Source of the DNA: Eledone cirrhosa
Lineage: Eukaryota
Reading direction: 5' to 3'
Length of the DNA stretch: 64,000 bases
NCBI GenBank assembly: GCA_964016885.1
Contig: OZ024740.1
Location: forward strand, 60,884,001 to 60,948,000
The notes beneath the pieces were generated by a model. That model did no database searches. It saw only the letters and a list, made by a program, of their open reading frames with translations, and was not told where the DNA came from. Below, piece by piece: positions 37,765-49,800 of the stretch; the first letter of the stretch is position 1; every line of letters starts with the position of its first letter. The position numbers and the translations under genes are program-made.

Positions 37765-39480
37765 CTCTTTAACTGCTCTTGTGACCTCAGCCCTCCTGAG
37801 GAATTAGTTACCGTTCCCAGAGGCACCTTGTGTACATCAGAAAAGGCTGTTATGGTTTAGATCAGCAAAGTATTCTCTCCACATAGCGAAATGCACCCCT
37901 CTAAAGATAGAACCCCAGACGTGTTCCTGGTAGGTAGCAGGTGTGGAGGAGGACTTCTTTTTACAAAGTTGGCAAATGGTCTGCTGGAACACTTTATTTG
38001 CTGATCTGAAGTCGTATTCCAGCTTAACCCCCAGAGTCTTCTCATATCTTAACTTCGGACACCTTTACTGTCTCTGATGCAATTCTTCGTGCCTGCTTGT
38101 ACCGCAAGTGGAAGGAGGACATATTTCCAAGCCAAGCTTTGTAGGCCTCTTTTGTTTGGATGGCATCTTTGACCTCTTGATTGAACCAAGGGTTCCTTTT
38201 GCCATCTGGTGCAACACCAAGCATCTTTTGCCTGCAGCAGTTAACAACTGAAGGGAAAACAGGCTGCTACAGATGAATCCAGCGAGAAGGTATCCTGTGG
38301 CAGATATCCAAGGTGGCCTGGATCTGTGGAAAGGTACCTAAGCAATGGCAATCTGGAGTGATGATCACAATCTTCAAAAAGGGAGATGAGAGATTGTTCA
38401 ATTACAGAGAGATCTCCTTGTTAAGCCTCCCCGGTAAAGTCTATGCTAAGTGTGGGAGATTGTCAAGTCCAAGCTAACTGATGAACAGTATGGTTCATCA
38501 GCTAGCCAACCAAATATTCACACTGCTGCAGATCTTCAAGAAATCATGGAAGTATTTCCAAGAGGTATATTCCTATTTTGTAGACCTTGTAAAGGCATAG
38601 GACCATGTTCCTCAGGACCTGCTGTAGAAGGTTCTGCAGGAGTAGTTGATCGATGGTCAGCTTCTTGTTGCTGTGATGTCTCAATATGAATGCCTGAGTA
38701 TTTGTGTTCAGATAAATGGTGCTAAATTGAAACCATTCAATGTGGGAGTTGGACTCTGCTAAGGGTGTGTACTGTCGCCTCTCCTGTTTATTATTTCTAT
38801 AAACAGGGTTGACATGCACAGCTGGGTTGGAGGTGGTATCATGATTCGCAGGTGTAAAATCAGTCAGCTGGAGTTTGAAATTGACAGTGTTATTTAACTC
38901 GACAGAAAGTTATCTCCGACTTGCACTTGATAGGTTTGATGTCAAGTGCTGCGTGGCTGGAATGAAAATCGGTGCTGCAAAATTGAGGCACTTGTCCTCT
39001 GAAGGAAGCCTGCACAGTACACTACAAGTTCAAGTATCTCTGGACTGTGTTCGTGAATTGAAGGCAGGAGGCTGAAGTAAATGCAAGAATCAGTTGAATG
39101 TAAAATCCGAACGCATTATTTTCAATCCAACATTCCTGCCAACCTTTACTTGTATTCAGGAATCCTGGGTAATGACTGAAAGAATATGATCACGAATACA
39201 AGCAGCCGAAATAGTGTTTCTTTGAAGTAACGTTTACTCGAGTGTGTAGCTTGGCAAGCAGTCACTCCAGGTAGAGCTGCTACTTCTCCAAATTGAGGGA
39301 CCACAGCTCCCATACTATGGGCATGTGGTTAGAATGTCTCAAGAAAGAATTGCTGGACAGATTTTACAGACAACCAACTGACAGGAGGTCCAGGGGTAGA
39401 TAACATCCATGATCTTGGCTGGTCTTGCTTGGGGATCCAGTTGGATCATTTGGAGACTGTTGCTTCTGACAGGAATAAGT
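37765..39480. mobile_element. Old RTE-type LINE with inverted 5' segment (minus 37765-38245, plus 38246-39480)
   Basis: The minus part runs PWFNQEVKDAI...EVTRAVKE. The plus part continues QLKGKQAATDE...KKGD..CSNYREISLLSLPGKVYAK...GCVLSPLLFIIS...YGHVVRM. Confidence 0.7.
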
Positions 39481-40245
39481 GGATGAAGATATGTTTCTAA
39501 AAAATTGTAGGCAGTGTCTTCCCTAAGGTATATTGTAACAAAAGGGTGAAGAGACACATTAGGCAGCACTGAATGGCTTTTGAATGTCATGCATATAATA
39601 GAAGAAATGGAAAAGGTTCAGGATTCCTGGAGTTTTGTAACACAGACCTAACAATCTGTAATACAAACTTTATGAAACCAACAAACTATTTGATCAAACA
39701 GGTGAAGTAAACTCGATAAATTTTATACTCCCCAGGAAACAAAATAGACCGAGATGGTTGTGAATATTATGTCTTTCCTCTATTAATGTTCCACTCAGCA
39801 TAGTTTTGTGACTAGTGACTTCAAAGTAAAAGACATGTCTGGTAAGATTAGAGCAAAAAATATTATTAGGTGGTTAAAAAAGAAGCTAGACATGAAGTAT
39901 GAATAGCATAGAGGGAAGCTGAATGAAGAGATTTGTTAATGTATATTGCAACAAGTAGGTTAGTGGCATGAAGTATTCCAGCTTGCAAAATAAAGCTAGT
40001 CAATGTTTATCAATGCTTATGTGTGGAATCTTGAGTTTCAAAGGCTGACTAAAGAACAATAGTTGGCCTTGGAAAAACTCAAGGTAGTATTCTCTCACCT
40101 ATTTCTGTTCACACCAGCTGTAACCGGCTGCTCATACTGTTTGCTACTCATTTGTTCTCAAAATAAATATCAAAATCCCAGATTCAATATTAGGTGAGAT
40201 GATTATGAAATAAAGTTTTTACCATGAAAATGTGTGTGTGTGTGT

Positions 40246-40432
40246 AATAATTGTTTCTACTTTAGGCACAAGGCCAGCAATTACCCAGTGCATTACTGGT
40301 ACTTTATTTTATCGACCCCGTAAGGATGAAAGGCAAAGTCAACCTCGGCGGAATTTGAACTCAGATCGTAAAGGGACGTAACTATGCTGGAAAGCATGGC
40401 GTCCGACACTCTACCGATACTGCCAATCCACC
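40246..40432 (-). mobile_element. SINE inserted in a TTAA MITE
   Basis: It is the reverse complement of the 3543 family. GTGTGTGTGTGTAATAAT is duplicated on both sides. Confidence 0.85.
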
Positions 40433-40735
40433 GTGTGTGTGTGTAATAATGTAAATGCTAAAGGGTTAAAACAATTAACTGATTCTACAAAAGATGAGCA
40501 GTATATAAGATACTTAAAAGTTAAGTATGAATTTACTTCAGGCTAGGCATCCAACTGCAGAAAAAAATGTCTCAAAAGGGTCTTGTACAAGTCTCGTAAA
40601 AACACAATGGTGAAGATAAATTTCGAGTTACTAAATAAATCTCTAGTATATTTCTAATATCTTTGTTATATTAAAGATTATTATATATATCCTGCTTAAT
40701 GAATTCATTCATTCAATTGTTTCTTTGTATTTCAG

Positions 40736-40864
40736 TTTCATCCCAAAGATATATGACAACATCTTCTGTGTTCGAAATTTTGAATGATATTTTGTGCAAT
40801 GTATCTCAAAATAAATTACTGGATGCAGCAGTATACCTTGTCGCGTGTATAACAAATAACAATA
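40736..40864 (+). CDS. TERB1: TERB1-like exon: VSSQRYMTTSSVFEILNDILCNVSQNKLLDAAVYLVACITNNN
   Basis: TTTCAG acceptor, GTGAGT donor, 129 nt, phase 1-1. It resembles VYCQQTLCTSELFEDL...SVYVILVLVSNN. Confidence 0.85.
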
Positions 40865-41586
40865 GTGAGTAGTATATTTTTCTATAAAAAATTTTTTTTT
40901 TTTTTTTTTTTTGCTAAAATTACCATTAAAGCTTTAAAGTTATTTCATTTCTTACTCCATATACATAATCTGCTAAATCTTTTAATGAAATGATGAAATA
41001 AAATTTTGCTAAAAAAATTCTTGAACGTTGTTAGTTTTGATAATCTGTGTTAATTTAAAACAAAGCATGCCTGCTAATGAATCAATTAGATACTCTGTTC
41101 TAATATATAGCTATTTGTTGGATTACATTGTCATAAGTGGAATAAATGTTCAGCCCTTAGTATGCACATCCTGCAAGTGTTCTGCATTGAAAGGCAGTAT
41201 ATCAGTGAATCAGGATATTTCGGGGAAAAGTGTGCTAGAAATGACACTGGTGTACTTAGCACCATTGATGTTTAAAAGAAAGAGATCTGGAAATGTTATG
41301 AGAGGCTGATGAATGGCAGAAAGACTGACTACTCCCAACCTGCCCAACATAATGGCTAGCTATTGAAATCAACAGTTAGATGGTCAAAGCAATCAAGGAG
41401 ATGAATGGTAAAGCCAGAGATAGTCATCAAGATGCTAAAAGTAGCTGTATTAATAACCTACACAGTCAATCAGGTAGTACAGGACGGAGTCATACCTAAA
41501 GACTCGTGCAGCTGTACAATCATAAATTGTTACAAGGTACAAGGGTAAAGGTGATTCTTTAAATAGGAGCAACTACAGCTAATCTG

Positions 41587-41617
<31 letters not shown>

Positions 41618-42004
41618 CTATATCCAAAATTAAGATAAATCAAAGTGAATTTAATCTAAATCAAAATTATGGGTGTCATGCCAGAAAGGCATGTGCCATA
41701 TCACTCGTAAAATAAGCTCCAAGATTCTAACGAATAGGTCCGAGCATTTTATAACATCTAGAAATTGATTAACATATAAATAAACATGAAACAATCACAG
41801 GGGATAATTTTTACAAGTGTGTAAGCACACATAGCTAGGTAGGTAACTAAATAAAGTTAACTAGAACTTCAAAAATAGATACCTTATAATATGATTAATC
41901 TTCCCTGTATATATTCCATTAAAGAAATATATTTCACCAATTAATCGAATGGTAAACCACGGAGGCCGATACTTGGATTTTCAACAAGGAAGAAGTTTAG
42001 CCAT

Positions 42005-43845
42005 CTGTGTTGAACAGGAGAGGGCTAAGAACAGAGCCCTGGTGGACACCAACCTGTACGCTAAATTCCTCGCTATACTCATTGCTAATCCTAACTTTGC
42101 TGACTGATCCCCTATACATGGCTTGCACAGCTTTCACAAGCCATTCATCTACTCCTAGTTTTCTAAGAGCCCACCAGATTATAGCACGTGGAACTCTGTC
42201 AAAGGCTTTCTCGAGATCGACGAATGCCAGGTAGAGTGGCTTACTTTTAGCTAAGTACTTTTCCTGTAACTGCCTCACAAGGAAGAGGGCATCAGTGGTG
42301 CCTCTTCCTGGTACAAACCCAAATTGCATCTCATCTAGTTTCACCCGGTCCCTAATCAACTGTGCTATAACTCTTTCTGTTACTTTCATGACATGGTCCA
42401 TCAGCTTTATACTAGTGCATCACCTTTACTTTTGTAGCAGTTGACAATGATGCTACTACACCAATATTTTGGTATGACACCTTCTAGTATTACCTGGTTA
42501 ACAAACAATACGTGTGGTTATAGTGTGACCTACAGACCCAGATGCCTTCAGCATCTCGGCAGCTATACCCGATGGACCGGTTGCTTTCCCCATCTTCATA
42601 TCTTTGATTGCCTTACTACGCTGCTGCTGACTTGTACTGCTGGCCCCTTTATAGGGTCTCTTCTTCCCATGCATTCTCCTCATTTAGTAATCTATCATAA
42701 TGACTCTTCCATGCATCTTTCTTCTCAGCATGCTCACCTTTATCATTCCGGATACACTTCTCTCCAATGACATTACAATTCTCTGACACACTGCCTCGCA
42801 ATCTTGAACACCTCCTGTTTCTGGTCCTCGTGTTACAAAACATGCTTGAATTTTCTATCCTCTGCATCCCTCCTAGCTAAGTATACTTGTTGCCTAGCTT
42901 CCCTCTTGGTCTCTATGTAATGTACCCTGTTTCCCCCGTTCTTCCATTCTTTCCATGCCTGTCTCTTGGTCTTAACTGCCTCATCTACCTTATTGTTTCA
43001 CCACCAAGTCACTCTCCTCCTGCCTGTGGTCTTACTCCAGCCACAGATCTCATCCGTCGCCTCTAGTAAGTTATTTTTTAGGAACTCCCAGTGCTCTTCT
43101 ACATTGAAGGCCTCTATCTGTTCTTCTTTACTGTCATAGGCGTTGAGTAAAATATCTTTAAATCTGTTACTGGCTGAGGGGTCTTTCAGCTTCCAGATCT
43201 TTCTTCTCCAGGCTGGCCTCTGTTTCCAGATTCGTCTAGTTCTGACCGTGAGGTCGCTGACAACTAAGCTATGTTGGGAGGTACATTTCTCACTAGGGAA
43301 GGCTTTTGTGTTTACGACCGTCCATCTGTCGCATCCTCTTATGAGAATAAAATCTGGCTAGAATGCTCCCCTGATCTATAGGTAATCAGGTGGTTGTCAG
43401 GTTTTTTGAAGTTTGTGTTACATATCGACATGTCATTGGCGTCGCAGAATTCTAGAAGCCTGAATCCTTCTTCATTTCTTGTGCCAACCCCATGGACTCT
43501 ATTGAAGCCATCACAGTGTTTACCTACGTGTCCGTTAAAATCTCCTGCGATGATTAGGAACTCGTCAAACCTATCCTTAAGTTCGTCTGGCAACCCCGAT
43601 AGGGGTGCGTAAGCTGATATCATTGTGGTAATTGTTTTATTCAGGAATAGTCTGAGTTTAGTGATTCTTGCATTTACCCTGTACACTGAGATTACCTTAA
43701 TCTACCCACTTGTCAGCTAGTAGTATACCTACACCAGGCATCCCATCATTATTTCCCACCCAGAAAAATTTGTAGCACTGACTTTTTCCTACAAGGACTC
43801 TAGCAGACTCTCCTCTCCATCTAGTCTCTTGCACACAGCATACAT
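42005..43845 (-). mobile_element. RTE LINE (sister subfamily), APE to mid-RT, truncated at both ends
   Basis: VCCVQETRW, AYAP, GDFNGH, QFGFVPGRGTTDA and QGSVLSPLLF are present, with frameshifts. Confidence 0.9.
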
Positions 43846-44949
43846 ATATATATTTATATATATATTATATATATATAATAGAATAATCGAGTATCGGAAA
43901 ATCAGCTCACGAATTTACGATAAACAAAATTCGACATGAGTGGCAGAGGGCTCAATAATTCAGATAAATCAGAGCTATAACTATCGTTAAGATACCAACA
44001 CACAAAGATTATGCCTAAAATCACCCGTGCAGCCGAAAAATAACGACCAGGAAGATTCGGGTCACTCAGATAAAATATCAATAAATCAATAAATCATATG
44101 AATGTAAAAAACTTACCCGGACCCACTAGAAAGATGGTAAATCTAGCTTCTTGGGTTTCTGCTATTCCTTAAACATATATATATTTATATATATTTATAT
44201 ATATTAATATATATTATATATATATATATAAATTCCTTAATTCTATCGTATTTTCAAAACAAAACAAAATCCTTCTTCTTATAAATTCATTTAAATATAT
44301 TTGTTACTTCGAGGACCGTATCTAAACTCTAAATTCCCGCTCCTACTATCTTCTCCCCCTCCCCTACTTCATGAGGGTTCGCGGTCAACCACCCCACTGT
44401 ACATCATGCGGCCAAACCTAAACCCCCCCCCCATCTCTCTCTATATATATAACATAAACCCTTCAAGTAAATCACATTCGCTAAATTCATCGCTGCTTTC
44501 TTCACGGTATATCATGTAACGTAATGTACACATTTTTCTACCATTTCCACACTCCACTCGTATCCATAGTCCAACCCTCCGACAATTGCTATAGCATTTT
44601 CTCTTCCCCGAATCCAATCTTGCCTAATCCTCCTGTAGTTCTGTCGTATTTCCAAAACAAATCTGTATTTTTTTGTTATTGCTTGTTAAATACGAGGTTT
44701 TTGTCGTATTATACAAAACAAATCTTGTATTTTTGTTATCGCTTGTTAAATACGAGGACCTTATTCAAACCTTACCTTCTCGCTAACAACCCAACAGCCC
44801 TCCCTCCCGGCCCCACGCACCACCATTATTATTACATGGACCAATCATAAGCCAGAGGCCTATACTATCGCTTACCTGGTTGCCTTTTGATATGATGGAT
44901 GGATGGATGGACTACGGAATTCTGGAGAGTGGAAGAGAAAAATATGGAC

Positions 44950-47900
44950 GCTCAGCGACAAGGCCAAAGATAAAGACAAATTCACCTCGTGGACGAGAAT
45001 GCGAGCACTCCTCTTTGTTTCGGCCGCGGATGGCTAATATAACCCCATCTCCCTCCGCTCCCCACTGCTCCCACCCTCCAAACGCAATCCAAAACTTCAG
45101 AGTTGGTACCATGAATGTAGGCACCTTAAAGGGTCGCTCTAACGAGGTTGTAGAAATGCTCGAACGTAAGGAGGTCGATGTTTGTTGTATTCAAGAGACC
45201 AGGTGGAGGGGTGGGTCTGCTAGATTCATTGAGGGTAAAAAACGATGCTATAAGCTTTTCTGGGTGGGAAATGATGGGCTGGGTGGAGTAGGAATCATGG
45301 TAGCAGATGAGATAATAGACGTAAATAGAGTGAACGACAGAATAATTAAAATAAGACTTGTCCTCAATAGAACTACGGTGACAGTAATATCTGCGTACGC
45401 ACCCCAATCCGGACTGCCCGGCACTATAAAAGACAGATTCTATAAGACACTGATGCTCACTATCTCCCAAATAACCGACAGTGACTATATAATTATTGCA
45501 GGCGACCTAAATGGTCACGTTGGACACCATTGTGACGGCTATGAGAGGAAGGCTCCAGAATCCTGGAATTCTGTGACGCAAATAACCTAACTATCTGTAA
45601 CACTAACTTAAAAAAACGTGACAATCACCTGATCACCTATAGATCGGGGGAACACACAAGCCAGGTAGATTATATCCTTACCAGAAGACGTGACAGAGTG
45701 TCTGTTGTAAACGCTAAATCCCTCCCCCACGATGAATGCACCTCCCAACATAGACTGATAATTAGCGACCTAATAGTCAGGACGAGACGTACTAGACAAC
45801 AGAAGAGGACTATCCTCAGGAGAAAAATATGGAAGCTAAAGGACCCACAGCCAGAAATAAATTTCAAAGCATACTACTTGATGCTTTCGACAGTAAGGAA
45901 GAGCAATTAGTCGTACAATACAGAGGTGCAGTGGGAATTCCTGAAAGCAAACCTGCTGATGGCGGCAGACGAAGTCTGTGGCTGGAGCAGGCCTGTAGGC
46001 ATGAGGAGAGTAACATGGTGGTGGAACAGTAAGGTGGAGGGGTCAATTAAGGCCAAAAAGCAGGCTTGGAAAGTATGGCGGGATGGAAGTAGAGAAGACT
46101 ATTAAGTGGCCAGGAGGGAAGCTAGGAGACGAGTGTACTTCGCAAGAAGGGAAGCAGAGGAAAGAAAGTTCAAGCATGTTCTACAACGCGAGGACCAAAA
46201 ACGTGAGGTGTTCAGGATTGCTAGGCAAAGTGTCAAGGAAAACCGTGATATTGTTGGGGAGAAGTGTGTACTTAATGATGACGGCGTACTTGCCATCACC
46301 GACGCTGATAAAAAGGTAGCTTGGAAGTGTCACTATGAAAGGCTACTAAATGAGGAGAATAAATGGGAGAAAGACAGTCTCCCCCACATCGACCCAATAG
46401 AGGGACCAGCAGTGTTAGTCGAGGGTAATATAATAAGTAAGGCAATCAAGGATATCAAAATGGGTAATGCAGCTGGGCCTTCGGAAATAGTTGCTGAGAT
46501 GCTGAAGGCATCTGGCACGGTGGGACACACCATGGTCACCCGGATAGTTAACCAAGTCATACAGAATGGGGTTGTTCCGAAGGACTGGTGTAGCAGCATC
46601 ATCATTAACTGTTACAAGGGTAAAGGAGATGCCCTAGATAGGAGTAACTATAGAGGCATTAAATTAATCGACCAGGTCATGAAGGTCACGGAAAAAGTTA
46701 TAGCGCAACTAATCAGAGGGAGAATTGACCTCGATGAAATGCAGTTCGGGTTTGTGTCAGGCAAAAGTACCACAGACGCTCTTTTCATTGTACGACAACT
46801 ACAGGAGCAGTACCTAGCTAAAAGTAAACCCCTATACTTAGCTTTTGTCGACTTGGAGAAAGCCTTCAACAGAGTCCCCTGTTCCATTATCTGGTGGGCT
46901 CTTAGAAAACTAGGTGTTGATGAATGGCTTGTGAGAGCTATACAAGCCATGTATAAAAAAACAGTCAGCAAGGTTAGAATTAACAACGAATATAGTGAAG
47001 AATTTAGCGTAAAAGTTGGCGTCCATCAGGGCTCTGTTCTCAGCCCCCTACTATCTATTATTGCCATTCAGGCTATAACAGAGGAGTTCAAGACCGGCTG
47101 CCCATGGGAACTCCTATACGCAGATGACCTAACACTCATAGCTGAATCAATGGCCGAGCTAGAGAAGAAATTCCAAACATGGAAGCACAGCCTAGAATCA
47201 AAAGGCCTTAAAATTAACCTGGCTAAGACCAAAGTTCTAGTTTGTAGGAAAGAAAATAAGGCGCCGGTCCCTTCCGGGAAGTGGCCATGCTCAGTGTGTA
47301 GGAAAGGCGTAGGTAGAAACTCCATTTTGTGTCCGAAATGCAAAGTATGGGTGCATAAAAGATGTAGTGGAATCACAGGTAAGCTAACTAAGAACATAGA
47401 TTTCACATGTGGCCGGTGCTCTGGTGCAATAAGTAGCAGCAAGTGCCCACAAAATACTAGCTCTTTCAACTGCGCAGAGGGCTCTATAGAAATAGTGGAC
47501 AGCTTCCGTTACCTGGGTGACAAAATCAGCAGTGGGGGAGGGTGCTCTGAAAGTACAGTAGCTAGAGTCAGAACTGGATGGAAAAAGTTCAGAGAGCTTA
47601 TACCACTATTAGCCGCTAAAGGGTTCTCCCTAAAAATGAAAGGCAGGCTGTATGATGCCTGCATACGAACATCAATGTTGCATGGCAGTGAGACCTGGGC
47701 ATTGTGTGCAGAGGATATACGCAGACTAGAGAGGAACGAAGCTCGCATGCTCCGCTGGATGTGTAATAGTAATATACGTGAACGGCAAAGCATAAACGAA
47801 CTAAGGGAAAAATTAGAAATAAGAGGGATCAGATGTTGTTTATTCGAGAGAAAGCTACGTTGGTATGGACACGTAATGCGCATGAAAGACGATAGCTGTA

Positions 47901-48120
47901 TAACAAAGTGCAAGGCAATAATGTGGCCGTGTAGGCAACACGGTAAAAACCTCCCAGACCCACACTGTAAATGTGGTTGGTATTAGGAAGGGCATCCAGC
48001 TGTAGAAAACCCGCCAGACAGTCCTATGCGAGCAAGACAATCACTCTTGCCTCAAGTGGGAAAACCCCCGTCCAAATCCATGCAAGCGTGGAACACGGAC
48101 GTTAAACGTTGATGATGATG
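44950..48120 (+). mobile_element. Near-full-length RTE LINE (PHD family) with frameshifts and a 3' internal deletion
   Basis: The ORF start MANIT...GTMNVGTL...IQETRW is at 45030, and the RT ORF is 46106-47986. About 320 bp of ORF end and UTR are missing at ~47918. The (GAT)n tail is at 48110-48120. Confidence 0.93.
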
Positions 48121-48155
48121 ACACACACAGAAATATATATACATTTCTGTGTGTG

Positions 48156-48221
<66 letters not shown>

Positions 48222-48249
48222 GCACACGCACACGCACACACACACAGAA

Positions 48250-48799
48250 ATATATGGGCATTTCTCTGTTTGTTTGTTTGTCTGTCTGTCTGTCCTTCCC
48301 TAAAACTCAAATGTAGGTGCTACAGAAATATTACCTTCCCCTTCCTTTCTCCACTTTGGTACTACCAAGAGAAACACTGTCGCTATAGAAACATTACCTT
48401 CCCCTCTCCACTGACTTTGGTCACTGTGGCCGAGGGAATCGCTGGTTGCTATAGAGACACCTTGCACAAGCCAGAAGTAACCAGTTCGAGGCGGTTCTGA
48501 CTTGACACCATGCCAAGGACCATTTGAAGATATATTTCCATCGTTATATCATAATGTTTATGTATCATAACGTTTATATTTCCGTCACTAATCTCTTTTT
48601 CTCCTTTTTCGTTTTAACATATATTTATTTCAAAGATTTCACCGTATAGATAACATATATATTTATACATGCATAAAAGACACACCGAGAGACGGTGAAC
48701 ATGTGGTGCCGAAAACATTTCTCATCCAAATCTCAACAATATCAGTATATACACTAGATTTGCGAGCAGAAAACCGCCCACCGGGTGGTTTTCTGCTAG
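48250..48799 (+). mobile_element. Non-autonomous rolling-circle (Helitron-like) element A
   Basis: There is a 5' (GTTT)(GTCT)n tract. The 3' palindrome AGCAGAAAACCGCCC-ACC-GGGTGGTTTTCTGCT ends in CTAG at 48796-48799. The 5' boundary is uncertain. Confidence 0.55.
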
Positions 48800-49681
48800 T
48801 CTATATATATAATATATAAAACTGAGGTTGTCTGTGTATGTGAGTTTGAATCCCTAAAACTCGAGAAACACCCAACCGACTGTTTTCAAAATTTACACAT
48901 GTAATATGTTTGAGGGAGTGTTCTGAGCAAAAACAAAAATTTTCAATGCCCTAGGGAACGCATTAGGCGATTTAGCCATCTCTCGCTATAATTCTTACTC
49001 TTTCTCTTTTTAGATAGATACATACATATAACGTTGTGCCCTTACAATATCTGTCTATGTCTTGCTGTCTGCATTACCTCACTTCCCTGAGGGTGTGTGT
49101 GTGTGTGTCTAAAACTTGAGAAATACGCAACCAACATTTTTCAAACTTTACATGTGTATTACTTATGTTTCAGGGAGTGTTATGCACAATAAAAAAATTC
49201 TACTTTTTGATTACCTCGGGCCCGCATTAGGTGAAAAACTGTTTTTTCCGGCTTTTAGGTGTTTTTTGAGGCCTTACGTCAGACTGATTTCCTGGAAATT
49301 GTAACTATGTATTAGTCGGTCTCTTCCTCATACCGTGAGCAAAGAAAATGCAACTTTTTTATGGTCTAGGGCCTGCATTACGTGAAAAACTTCATTTTCC
49401 CCACTTTTTAGGCGTTACATCTAGCCGATTTTTCCCAAAATTTCAAGGCATATTATGCACATAAAACAAAATTCATTTTCTTGATCCCCCAGGGCCCGTA
49501 TTAGGTGAAAACCTGCCTTTTTCCTGCTTCGAGTAAAATCTTGAAGATTATCCAGCCATCAGAGTATTCGGTTTATTTTCTTTACATATTGTCCAGGCAT
49601 GCAGTTTTTCCACGATTAGGTCTGTTGGCGGCCCACGGTCCAAAATACCTTATCCCATGCAACGGCGGGTACCACTGCTAG
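48800..49681 (+). mobile_element. Non-autonomous Helitron B
   Basis: It starts TCTATATATATAAT and ends CCCATGCAACGGCGGGTACCACTGCTAG|T. GGGCCCGCATTAGGTGAAAA is repeated internally. Confidence 0.8.
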
Positions 49682-49682
49682 T

Positions 49683-49800
49683 ATTATATATATATATTAT
49701 ATTATATTATATATTATATTATATTATATATTATATTATATTATATTGTGTCGGGTCGGGTCGGGCCGGGCCGTGTCGGGCCGCGTCGGGCCGCGTCGCA
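49683..49800. repeat. (TATAT)n microsatellite followed by GC-rich (GTCGG/GCCGG)n pentamers
   Basis: Directly visible. Confidence 0.85.
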
